From Mobula hypostoma (Eukaryota), in the NCBI RefSeq assembly GCF_963921235.1, contig NC_086107.1:107386001-107450000 (forward strand): a stretch of 64,000 nucleotides of DNA, written 5' to 3'. Below the pieces are notes generated by a model. That model was not told where the DNA came from. It did no database searches and saw only the letters and a list, made by a program, of their open reading frames with translations. Positions 11,560-23,146 of the stretch are shown here, in pieces. The translations under genes were made by a program, and so were the position numbers. How positions within the stretch are numbered: position 1 is the stretch's first letter; every line of letters begins with the position of its first letter.

Positions 11560-13345
11560 CCTCCCACAGAGCAAAGTTCCCTCACTACCAACTCTCCCAC
11601 AGCGCAAAGTTCCCTCACTACCAACTCTCCCACAGCGCAAAGTTCCCTCACTACCAGCCCCCTCACAGTGCAAAGTTCCCTCACTACCAGCTCTCCCAAA
11701 GCACAAAGTTCCCTCACTACCAGCTCTCCCACAGCGCAACGTTCCCTCACTACCAGTCCTCCCACAGCGCAAAGTTCCCTCACTACCAGCTCTCCCACAG
11801 CGCAAAGTTCCCCCACTACCACCCCTCCCACAGCGCAAAGTTCCCTCACTACCAGCCCTCCCACAGCACAAAGTTCCCTCACTACCAGATCTCCCAAAGC
11901 GCAAAGTTCCCCCACTACCACCCCTCCCACAGCGCAAAGTTCCCTCACTACCAGCCCTCCCACAGCACAAAGTTCCCTCACTACCAGATCTCCCAAAGCG
12001 CAAAGTTCCCCCACTACCAGCCCTCCCAAAGCGCAGTTTCCTCACAGCTTTCCCTCAATGCAGTTCCCTCACTACCAGCCCTCTCACAGTGCAAAGTTCC
12101 CTCACTACCAGCTCTCCCACAGCGCAAAGTTCCCTCACTACCAGCTCTTCCAAAGCGCAAAGTTCCCTCACTACCAGCCCTCCCAAAGCGCAGTTTCCTC
12201 ACAGCTTTCCCTCAATGCAGTTCCCTCACTACCAGCCCTCTCACAGTGCAAAGTTCCCTCACTACCAGCTCTCCCAAAGCGCAAAGTTCCCTCACTACCA
12301 GCCCTCCCACAGTGCAAAGTTCCCTCACTACCAGCCCTCCCACAGTGCAAAGTTCCCTCACTACCAGCTCTCCCACAGTGCAAAGTTCCCTCACTCTCCC
12401 AGCTCTCCCACAGCGCAAAGTTCCCTCACTACCAACTCTCCCAAAGCGCAAAGTTCCCTCACTACCAGCCCTCCCACAGTGCAAAGTTCCCTCACTACCA
12501 GCCCTCCCACAGTGCAAAGTTCCCTCACTACCAGCTCTCCCACAGTGCAAAGTTCCGTCACTCTCCCAGCTCTCCCACAGCGCAAATTTCCCTCTATCAA
12601 CCCTCCCACAGTGCAAAGTTCCCTCACTACCAGCCCTCCCACAGTGCAAAGTTCCCTCACTACCAGCTCTCCCACAGCGCAAAGTTCCCCCACTACTACC
12701 CCTCCCACAGCGCAACGTTCCCTCACTACCAGCCCTCCCACAGCGCAAAGTTCCCTCTCTACCAGCCCTCCCACAGCGCAAAGTTCCCTCACTACCAGAT
12801 CTCCCAAAGCGCAAAGTTCCCTCACTACCAGCCCTCCCACAGCGCAAAGTTCCCTCTCTACCAGCCCTCCCACAGCGCAAAGTTCCCTCACTACCAGATC
12901 TCCCAAAGCGCAAAGTTCCCTCACTACCAGCCCTCCCACAGCGCAAAGTTCCCTCACTACCAGCCCTCCCACAGTGCAAAGTTCCCTCACTACCAGCCCT
13001 CCCACAGCGCAAAGTTCCCTCACTCTCCCAGCTCTCCCACAGCGCAAAGTTCCCTCACTACCAGCTCTCCCAAAGCGCAAAGTTCCCTCACTACCAGCCC
13101 TCCCACAGCGCAAAGTTCCCTCACTACCAGCCCTCCCACAGTGCAAAGTTCCCTCACTACCAGCCCTCCCACAGCGCAAAGTTCCCTCACTCTCCCAGCC
13201 CTCCCACAGCGCAAAGTTCCCTCACTACCAGCTCTTGCACGGTACTGCGTTCTCTCACTACCAACCCTACCCCCACAGCGCAAAGTTCCCTCAATACCAG
13301 TCCCCCCAGCGCAGTGTTCCCTCAATTCCAATCCCCCATAGTGCA
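11560..13345. repeat. Minisatellite, 33-bp unit CTCCCACAG(C/T)GCAAAGTTCCCTCACTACCAGC(C/T), ~54 units
   Basis: Unit starts at 11581 and 11614 give period 33; variant block repeated 157 bp apart (12031, 12188); occasional 34-bp units. Confidence 0.95.
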
Positions 13346-13792
13346 GTGATCCCTCTCAGAAACTGCTGAATACTGGGATTTTCACACACAATGGTCTCTA
13401 GAGTTTACAAGGTGCAAGATGGTGCAAAAAACAAAAAAATATCCGGTGAGCAGCAGTTCTGTGGGCAAAAATGCCTTGTTCATGAGAGAGGTCAGAGGAG
13501 AATGGCCAGACTGGTTCAAGCTGACAGGAAGATGACAGTAACTCAAATAATCACTCATTACAACAGTGGCGTGCAGAAGAGCACCTCTGAACACACAACA
13601 TGCCGAAACTTGAAGTGGGTGATCACAGTCTTTCCGTGACCATGATTGGTCTTGGAAACTTCTTCTTCAAATCCTGGCAAATCTTTCTTCTGGACTGTGT
13701 CTTTACAAGACGGGTGACCCCAGCCATTATCAATACTCTTCAGAGATTGTCTGCCTGGCGTCAGTGGTCTCATAACCAAGACTTTTGATATG

Positions 13793-14405
13793 CACCAGCT
13801 ACACATACGGCCACTCAGCAGGTCGGGCAGCATCCGTGGAAACAATCAGTCAACGTTTCGGGCCAGGACCCTTCATCAGGACTGAAGAGGGAAGGGGCAG
13901 AGGCCCTATAAGGAAGGTTGGGGGGGGTTGGGTGGGAAGGAGTGTTGCTTTGACTCCAGCATCTGCAGAGTATTTTGTGGGCACATACGGCCATCCGTAT
14001 GGCTTCACGTGAACCTGAGCGGAGGGGGCTAAGCAGGTGCTACACCTTGCCCAAGGGTGACCCACAACAAGAAGGAGCTCCTTACACCTCCTTTGGTAGA
14101 GACATATCTCCACCCTGCCACCTTAACAAAACAACAGTCCTAACATTAAACCTTGGCACCAAATCTAATGATGAATTCTAGCACTTGCCATGAAGCTAAA
14201 ATCTTAATCTACTAATCATGAATTAACTTAAATACTAAGCCAGCCTTAATCATTTCCTAAACCTAAATGCAAACGTGAGACTTAAACCCCCATCCTGATC
14301 ATCATCCCCCACATTATAGCCCAGTGGGTGAACATGCTGGGTAGCGTTGCAGTGATCTGTGAGATGTGGAAATGCCCTGGTAAGATCACTAGTTTTGTAT
14401 TGGGT
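13793..14405 (+). repeat. ~613-bp direct duplication, copy 2, embedded in a family-A repeat
   Basis: Matches 7217-7830; family-A sequence resumes at ~14410. Confidence 0.95.
13847..13884 (-). ncRNA. Minimal type-I hammerhead ribozyme motif (duplicated copy)
   Basis: CAGUC-CUGAUGA-A-GGGU(CCUG)GCCC-GAAAC-GUU-GACUG. Confidence 0.8.
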
Positions 14406-14954
14406 AAGAGAGGGCTAAGCAGGTGCTAACACCTTGCCCAAGGGTGACCTGCAGGCTAGCGGAGGGAAGGAGCTCATTACACCTCCTTAGGCAGAGACGC
14501 ATCTCCACCCTGCCACACGGATACACTCAGTGGCCACTTTATTAGGTACAGGAGGTTCCTAATATAATGGCCACTGAGTACACTGTCCTTTTCCCTTCTG
14601 AAAGTTCAATTTCACTCTCCTTTATCCTCCTCTTCAAGCGGAGCATCCCAGGTTCCACATCTCTACATTGGAAAATATGTCTTCTTCCAACCTTCTATAA
14701 AAACACAACCCTCCAGTTTCTGAATTCACTGCCACTGGAACCAGCTTCTGTTTGTTTATTCTGTCGACATGCTTGAGCGTTTTGAACTGATCTTGCCCTG
14801 TCTCTTCCTACACACTACAATGTTCCTGTACAAATGACTTGGGACCACTTCATCCGATCAACTACAGAGTCTAAAACAGCCAATGTCTCACGAGCTGAAG
14901 CAGCAAAATTCAATTTTAAAAAACTGGTGTAACACAATCCATGCTTGAGAGTTT

Positions 14955-15586
14955 GGGATAAGAGGATTCGAGTACAGGAGCAGGGAGGTACTACTGCAGT
15001 TGTACAAGGCCTTGGTGAGACTACACCTAGAGTATTGTGTGCAGTTTTGGTCCCCGAATCTGAGGAAAGACATCCTTGCCATAGAGGGAATACAAAGAAG
15101 GTTCACCAGATTGATTCCTGGGATGGCAGGACTTTCATATGATGAAAGACTGGATCGACTAGGCTTATACTCATTGGAATTTAGAAGATTGAGGGAGGAT
15201 CTTATTGAAACATATAAAATCCTAAAGGGATTGGACAGGCTAGATGCAGGAAGATTGATCCCGATGTTGGGGAAGTCCAGAACGAGGGGTCACAGTTTAA
15301 GGATAAAGGGGAAGCCTTTTAGGACTGAGATTAGGAAAAACTTCTTCACACAGAGAGTGGTGAATCTGTGGAATTCTCTGCCACAGGAAACAGTTGAGGC
15401 CAGTTCATTGGCTATATTTAAGAGGGAGTTAGATATGGCCCTTGTGGCTAAAGGGATCGGGGGTATGGAGGGAAGGCTGGTACAGAGTTCTGAGTTGGAT
15501 GATCAGCCATGATCATACTGAATGGCGGTGCAGGCTCGAAGGGCCGAATGGCCTACTCCCGCACCTATTTTCTATGTTTCTATGTT
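14955..15586 (+). mobile_element. CR1-type LINE 3' fragment with a largely open ORF2 C-terminus
   Basis: ORF 15000..15512: YKALVRLHLEYCVQFWSP..LEFRRLREDLIETYKI..RTRGHSL..NFFTQRVVNLWNSLP; (tttctatg)n tail. Confidence 0.9.
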
Positions 15587-16032
15587 TAACTCAAAACTGG
15601 ACTAAGTTAAGCTACAAGGTCCATCTTCCCAGTGGCCGCACATTTTAATGCTGATTCCCATTCCCATTCCGACATCGCCGCTCCTCTTGTACCAAGATGA
15701 AACCACCCTCAGAGTGGAGGAGCAACACCTTGTATTCTGTCTGGGTATGCTCCAGCCTGATGGTAAAAAAAATTAACCCCTGCCCCCCACTTCTTCTGTT
15801 CCCCACTCTGACCTTTTACCTCGTCTCACCTGCCTATCACTTGCCCTTGGGGCCCCTCCTCCTTCCCTTTCCTCCAACGGTTCACTCTCCTCTCCTATCA
15901 GGTTCCTTCCTCTGCTTTCCCACCCACCTATCACCTATCACCTATCACCTTCCAGCTAGCCTCCACCACCTTTATATTCTGGCATCTTCCCCCTTCCTTC
16001 ATCAGCCCTGAAGAAGGGTCTTGGCCTGAAAC

Positions 16033-17470
16033 TTTATTTGATTTTGAGAAAAGATGGGGTTCATTTGCTCGTTATTATCATTTGAGTTAATTGATAGATT
16101 TCCTCCACGATCTAATTGTAAATTTTTGGTACAATTTTTTTCTTGCTGGCGGTTTGATGTTTATCTTTAGAAGCTTTTTGTATGACGCATGGTTCCGGGG
16201 TTGAACACCTAATGGTTTTTTTTTTCTCACTTTTTCTTGCTCAGTAGGGTTCTTTTTCCTCTCTTTTTCATCACCAAAATTTTTTCAATCTTTAAAATAA
16301 TGTTTTTTTTTTCTTGAGACATTGTAAGTGTTGCTTGCTTCGATGTACTCTTGTTAGTCATAGTCATAGTCATACTTTATTGATCCCAGGGGAAATTGGT
16401 TTTCGTTACAGTTGCTCCATAAATAATAAATAGTAATAGAACCATAAATAGTCAAATAGTAATATGTAAATTATGCCAGGAAATAAGTCCAGGACCAGCC
16501 TATTGGCTCAGGGTGTCTGACCCTCCAAGGGAGGAGTTGTAAAGTTTGATGGCCACAGGCAGGAATGACTTCCTATGACGCTCTGTGCTGCATCTTGGTG
16601 GAATGAGTCTCTGGCTGAATGTACTCCTGTGCCCAACCAGTACATTATGTAGTGGATGGGAGACATTGTCCAAGATGGCGTGCAACTTGGACAGCATCCT
16701 CTTTTCAGACACCACCGTCAGAGAGTCCAGTCCCATCCCCATAACATCACTGGCCTTACGAATGAGTTTGTTGATTCTGTTGGTGTCTGCTACCCTCAGC
16801 CTGCTGCCCCAGCACACAACAGCAAACATGATAGCACTGGCCACCACAGACTCGTAGAACATCCTCAGCATCGTCCGGCAGATGTTAAAGGACCTCAGTC
16901 TCCTCAGGAAATAGAGACGGCTCTGACCCTTCTTGTAGACAGCCTCAGTGTTCTTTGACCAGTCCAGTTTATTGTCAATTCGTATCCCCAGGTATTTGTA
17001 ATCCTCCACCATGTCCACACTGACCCCCTGGATGGAAACAGGGGTTACCGGTACCTTAGCTCTCCTCAGGTCTACCACCAGCTCCTTAGTCTTTTTCACA
17101 TTAAGCTGAAGATAATTCTGCTCACACCATGTGACAAAGTTTCCTACCGTAGCCCTGTACTCAGCCTCATCTCCCTTGCTGATCATCCAACTATGGCAGA
17201 GTCATCCGAAAACTTCTGACGATGACAAGACTCTGTGCAATAGTTGAAGTCCGAGGTGTAAATGGTGAAGAGAAAGGGAGACAAGACAGTCCCCTGTGGA
17301 GCCCCAGTGCTGCTGATCACTCTGTCGGACACACAGTGTTGCAAGCACACGTGCTGTGGTCTGCCAGTCAGGTAATCAAGAATCCATGATACCAGGAAAG
17401 CATCCACCTGTATCGCTGCATCGCTATTAATTTTGGATAGTAATAATAATAAAAAGACTTGAAAAGAAAA
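16033..17470 (+). mobile_element. L1-like LINE 3' end (16033-16354 and ~17420-17470) inserted in a Penelope hammerhead and split by Rex1
   Basis: FEKRWGSFARYYHLS* resembles an L1 ORF2 end; T-rich UTR; aataaa and A-rich tail; ~22-bp TSD 16011-16032/17469-17490. Confidence 0.6.
16355..17420 (-). mobile_element. Rex1/Babar LINE, 5'-truncated, RT with a single frameshift at ~17185
   Basis: GAPQGTVLSPFLFTIYTSD..QKFSDDSAIVG, then LQLNVKKTKELVVDLRR..YKYLGI..SRLYFLRRLRSF; (tatgac)n tail. Confidence 0.92.
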
Positions 17471-17994
17471 GAAGGGTCTTGGCCCAAAACATTGACCATT
17501 TATACTCATTTCCATAGACGCTGAATGACCTGCTGAATTCCTCCGGCACTTTGTGGGTGTTGCTCCAGTCATCAATTGCAAATCATCAATTATCAATATT
17601 ATTAATAACAATAATAATCAATCAGTGTTGAATTCCAGAGGTGAGGGGATAGTGAGTGTAGCATCATGAAACTCTAGTAAAGCTGAAATTACTGGGCAGC
17701 AATTGCTCTTAAGCTTTGGTGTTATACCACGTACAAAGGAGGATGGTGGAGGTTAATGAGGGTCAATTATTCCGGATTCAGAGATATTTATCACACATAA
17801 ATCGAACCATACAGTGAAGTGTGCCATTTGCGTTTACAAACCACACAGCCTAAGGAAGTACTGGGGGCAGCCCATGAGTGTCATCACACACATTCTGGCA
17901 CCAACACGAATCACCTGTCCAGCTCTTGGCTCCATCCCTCCCCCTCCTGTCTTCTCCTATCAGTTTGAATCTCTTACTAGCTCTTCCTTCAGTT

Positions 17995-18030
17995 AGTCCT
18001 GACGAAGGGTCTCAGCCTGAAACGTCGACT
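17995..18030 (+). ncRNA. Minimal type-I hammerhead ribozyme motif
   Basis: AGUC-CUGACGA-AGGGUCUCAGCCU-GAAAC-GUC-GACU. Confidence 0.75.
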
Positions 18031-18146
18031 GCACCTCTTCCTACAGATGCTGCTTGGCCTGCTGCGTTCACCAGCAACTTTGATGTATGTTGCTTGAATT
18101 TCCAGCATCTGCAGAATTCCTGTTGTTTGCCTATATATATAATGTG

Positions 18147-18457
18147 TGGGCATGTGGCCAAGTGGTTTGTCCTTGAGCATTTGACTAGCGACCTGAAGGT
18201 CGTGAGTTCCAGCCCCAGCCGAGGCAGCGTGTGTGTCCTTGAGCAAGGCACTTAACCACACATTGCTCTGCGACGACACTGGTGCCAAGCTGTATCGGCT
18301 CTTGCTCTTCCCGTGGGCAACATCAGTGTCGTGGAGAGGGGAGACTTGCAGCATGGGCAACTGCCGGTCTTCCATACAACCTTGCCCAGGCCTGCGCCCT
18401 GGAGAGTGAAGGCTTTCCAGGCACAGATCCATGGTCTCGCAAGACTAACGGATGCCT
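18147..18457 (+). mobile_element. tRNA-derived SINE (not a V-SINE)
   Basis: A-box tggccaagtgg, B-box-like gagttccagcc, gtgtccttgagcaaggcacttaacc core, RTE-like tail ccatggtctcgcaagact. Confidence 0.65.
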
Positions 18458-20116
18458 TAATTTAAAAATGTTAAATTAAATAAGCAGTGCAAAAAGTATT
18501 GAGGCAGCATTCATGGGTTCAATGTCCATTCAGAAATCAGATGGCAGAGGGGAAGAAGCTGTTCCTGAATCGTTGAGTGTGTGCCTTCAGGCTCCTGTAC
18601 CTCCTTCCTGATGGTAACAATGAGAAGAGGGCACGACCTGGGAGATGGGGGTCCTTAATGATGGACACCACCTTTCCGAGGCATCGCTCCTTGAAGATGT
18701 CCTGGATATTACAGAGGCTGGTGCCCACGATGGAGCTGGCTACATTTACACCTTTCTACAGGTTATTTCGATCAACCCATGAACCCCTGGACACTACCTC
18801 AGTTCTTTTTACCCCTCATTTTTGCACTATTTATTTAATTTAATTTTCTTTTTTGTTTATTTCTTATTGTAATTTATAGTTTTTAATTATTATGTCTTGC
18901 ATTGTACTGCTGCCGCAGAACAACAAATTTCATGACATATGCCGGTAATATTAAACCTGATTTTGGTTCTGATTCTGTCCACCATGGTCATCAGAAAAGC
19001 ACAAACAATATCAACAACACAGCAACAGTATATAAGCTCCTTTTCTCCCTTCCAACCACAGGACAGGCCTGCTACGGGCCTTGAGTCTCCTGTCCCAGGC
19101 CCGGACTGTGACCTCCAGGCACTTGCGTGACCCATTGTGCTTTGACTTCTACACTTTCTGGTCTTCAACCTTGGGCTTCATCTTTCTGTAATGACCCCAG
19201 GACTTGCCGATCACAGTTTGGGCTCAAATTCTGAACTTCTGATCCCAGGACTCACTGATGTGGGGGTTGTCCCAGGCCCAGACTCAAACACCCACAGATA
19301 TCAGGCCTCTGATTTCTGGGCATGCCAACGACTTCCAGGCTTACCGACTTCGGTCTTTAACCTTTGGCCTCCAGGGCATCATTCCAGGAGTCCCTCGGTG
19401 TCCTAGGCCCAGCTATCTTTAACTGCTTCATCAACCATCTCTCATTCATCATAAGGTTGGATGTGGGGTTGTTGGTTGGTGGAGAAATGTTTCGCCCCAT
19501 TCACAACTCCTCCACAAAAGAAATATTGCACACTGCATTCAAGACCTCATTTATTTATTCATTTAGTGATACAGCACAGGGCAGGCCTTTTCAGCCCAGT
19601 GAGCCTCAAACTGCAGCAACCCGTCTATTTAACCCCAGCCTAATCACAGGACAACTCACAATGACTAATTAACCTACTAACCAGTATGTCTTTGGACTAT
19701 GGGAGGAAATTGGAGCACTCAGAGGAAACCCAAGCGGTGATAGAGAGAACGTAGAAACTCCTTACAGGCAGTGGTGGGAATTGAACTCTAAACTCCAATG
19801 CCCTGAGCTGTAATAGCGTTGTGCGAACCGCTATGCTATGTATCACACTGACATTCATACCCTAACGTATGATGACATTCATAAAATCATAAGAGATAGA
19901 AGCAGAATTCGGCCATTCAGCCCATCGAGTCTGCTCCAGCATTCATAGAACATAGAAAATAGAAAACCTACAGCACAATACAGGCTCTTTGGCCCACCAA
20001 GCTATGCCGAACATGTACTTACTTTAGAAATTATCTCGGATTACCTATAGCCCTCTATTTTTCTAAGCTCCATATACCTATCTAGGAGCCTTTTAAAAGA
20101 CCCTACTGTATCCATT

Positions 20117-20365
20117 GACCTGGCTGGTGACGTGGTGGCATCAGCGTTGGACTTTGGGACGAAAGGTCCCGGGTTCGAATCCAGCTGGCTCCCCTGCACG
20201 CTTTCCACCTGTGCTGGGTTACGAGCTGGTGATCCCTTTGGAAGCTCACCCGGCAGAAGGCAATGGCAAACCACTGCTGTAACTTGCCTCGTACGTGATT
20301 CTCCACTCCGTCAGAGAGGCGTGGAGGGAAATCGTCCGCAGATGCGACATACCTTTCTTTTCCAT
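20117..20365 (+). mobile_element. tRNA-derived SINE with RTE-type body, flanked by a 10-bp TSD
   Basis: B-box ggttcgaatcc; gaaggcaatggcaaaccac motif; TGTATCCATT at 20107-20116 and 20366-20375. Confidence 0.75.
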
Positions 20366-22677
20366 TGTATCCATTATCCCTCTCAACCCCATTCTCCTGC
20401 CTCCTCTGCCATAACCTCTGATGCCCTGACTAATCAAGAACCTACAGCTGTACCTATTAAACTTGGTCAAGGTTTTAGATCAGAACTGAACTTGCTTTAA
20501 AAGCCGAGTTCCCACCTCTCAAACTGGGTAGACATTGACAGGCCTGAACAGTTGGCCAATCTAAGTGCCGAGCCAGGGAGAAAAAAAAGATCAAGGCGTC
20601 AAGGCTGAGGGCAAAGGATAAACTGGAGTTCAGCTCACTACCCTGTGAGGTTTGCTCACCTCAGCTCTGAACAGACTCCATTGGGCTCCTGGACTGCCCC
20701 CTCTTGTCTCAAGTGCTGAACGGGCTCTGTGGCGGTAAACTCACTTTCAGGGACTCTCCAGGTCAGTCTGCTTGTTATTTGTTTATTTTTTAATCACTTG
20801 CACAATTTTATCTCTTTTTCACCCATTTGGTGTTTTCTAGCCTTTGTTGTGTGGGGTTTTTAATGGGTTCTGTTGTGTTCCTTTGTCTTGTGGCTGCCTG
20901 CAGGAAGACAAATCTCAAGGTATGTATATGGTATACTAAATGTGCTTCGAACTTTGATGTGTGCTGGGGGAATGGGGTGGGCTGGGAGTGAAAGTGTGAA
21001 GAGAGACGTGGAAAGAGCTGTCAGTTTTGGCAATATGTGCAACAAAGAGGAAATGAGGGCTCAGTTCGGGCTCCAATTGGAGTTAGATTGCTGCAGCGTG
21101 ATTGTAACCCAAGGCTCTGATCTGAAATTCTACAAACTGTGTGGAGCAAGGGAATTAGGGCAGGCTGCGCCAGGACTAACAGATGCAGTGGGAGGCCCCA
21201 GGCATCTGGGCTTCAAGGCATTTGGCTGGGGACCTGATTCTGCCTTGGCCAGCAATTACACATGGAACAAGGAATAGTCGAAAGTGTGCATATTAGTGTG
21301 TAAACTGTGTGATACAGCCTCCAGCAGCACCACACAGGCTGCTCCATCAGAACCTGAAGCCAATAGACATGAACTTTGAAATAGGAAATGCTCTGAAGCC
21401 AAGGACTTCATTAAGGGCAGGCTAATGAGTAGGTAGAGGAGCATCCTGGCAGAGGTCCTTGCGATTATAAAAGAGCTGGACAACGTATCGTCAGATTTTT
21501 ACCATCAGGTTTCTGAACGGTCCACGAACCCATGAAAACTACCTCTTTATCCGCCTTTTGCACTGTTTTGTAACTTAACAGTAATTTCTTATGGCTTGTT
21601 GCCACAAAACAGCAATTTTCAGGACATATGTCAGTGATAATAAACCTGATTCTGGTTTGGTATTTAATTAATCTTTTTTTTGAGATACAGTGCAGAATAG
21701 GCCCTCCTGGCCCTTCGAGCCACATTGCCCAGAAAAACCCCGGCTTAACCCTTGCCTAATCATGGGGCAATTTACAACGACCAATTAACCTCCCAACTGG
21801 TACGCCTTTGGATTGTGGGAGGAAACTGGAGCACCCGGAGCAAACCCACGCAGTCACGGTGGTGGGGGGGGGGGGGCAGCGAGCATGCGAACTCCTTACA
21901 GGGAGTGGTGGGAATTGAACCCGGATCGCCAGTACTGTAAAGCGTTGTGTTGACCACTATGCCACCGTGCTGCCCCGGTGCATCGTTTGCATCAACATCC
22001 AACATGGTCCAAGGACGTGCTGGGGACTGCTCGCGAGTGTTGCCACTTTTCCGGTGCCAACATAGCATACCCACAACAGACTAACAATAACTCGTACACC
22101 TTTGGAATGTGGGAGGAAACTGGAGCAATCAGAGGCAATCCACGTGGTCACAGGGAGAACGTACAAACTCCTTACAGGCAGCGCCAGGGACTGGGGCCGG
22201 GTCGCTGCCGCCGTAAAGCGTTACGCCAACCGCTACGCTTGCCTGCCGCCCCAATCTGATTCTGATTCGGGACAGATACAGATATTTCCGTGTTATCGAA
22301 TGCGGAGCCAGGCATCATTAACGTGGTAGTCAGCGGGAATTCCAAGCAGGAGAAAATGAGAAAACCCAGAAAAACCTGCAGGTGATGGGAATTTGAAGGC
22401 AGTTAGCGCGACAGCAATCAGCGATCGGTGTTCAATTCCCGCCACTGTCTGTTAGGAGTTTGTACGTCCCCCCCTGTGACCACATGAGATTCCTCTGGGT
22501 TCTCTGGTTTTCTCCCACAGCCTAAAGACATATAATTTAGATTAATAAGTTGTGGACCTGCTCTGTTGGCGGTGGAACCAGGGCAACACTTGTGGGCTGT
22601 CCTCAGCACATCCTTGAACTGTGTTGGCAGCTGACTCAGATGATGCATTTCACTGTATGTTTTGATGTTTCAATGTA

Positions 22678-23146
22678 CAGTCCTGTGCAAAAGTCTTAGA
22701 CACACATATAGCTAGGGAGACTAAGACTTTTGCACAGTACTGTAGTAACTTTATGTCTTGCCCTGTTCCGCTGCCGCAAAAAAAAATCAAATTTCATGAC
22801 ATATGTGAGTGATGATAAACCTGATTCTGAAATGGGTCTCTATTGTGGACCGAGAGTGGGAAGGAGAGGGGAATCATGGCTGGGAAAAGGGGAAGGGAGC
22901 AGGAAGCACCAGAGAGACATTCTGTAATGATCAATAAACCAATTGTATGGAATCAAATGACCTTGCCCGGTGTCTCAGGGCTGTGTATGTCCATACCCAC
23001 ACCACATACACACACACATACCCGCCCCTGGCACTCTTCCTCTGCCACCTGTCCCACAGCGCTCCACCCTCGCCATTCCCAACATCCTTTGCTCCCACCA
23101 GATTTACAAACTTGTTCTTCGCTCCACATTAGCAAATACGGTACTG
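22678..23146. mobile_element. Composite Tc1/mariner-type MITE: 65-bp hairpin (22678-22742) plus ~400 bp passenger DNA
   Basis: TIR cagt(c/a)ctgtgcaaaagtcttag; TA at both outer ends; host repeat reads through (tttcaatgTA|TAtatgtgacaaataaagc). Confidence 0.65.

Larger units (their letters stand above)
13357..14580 (+). mobile_element. Tc1-like derivative (13357-13620 plus hairpin right end 14524-14580), split by a family-A insertion
   Basis: QFCGQKCLVHERGQRRMARLVQADRKMTVTQIITHYNSGVQKS; terminal cactcagtggcca...tggccactgagt inverted pair, as in the copy at 60625-61180. Confidence 0.8.

Noticed and set aside
11344..13369. Mucin-like or collagen-like gene in the 665/653/605-aa ORFs
   Set aside because: All frames are open because the repeat unit lacks stops; frames rotate at off-length units; no signal peptide or flanking domains
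15000..15512. Functional CDS calls for LINE/transposase ORFs (also 16500-17186, 23891-24469, 46227-46442)
   Set aside because: All are truncated, frameshifted or lack most domains
20117..20190. tRNA gene
   Set aside because: Only a B-box/T-arm-like part; continues into a SINE body with TSD
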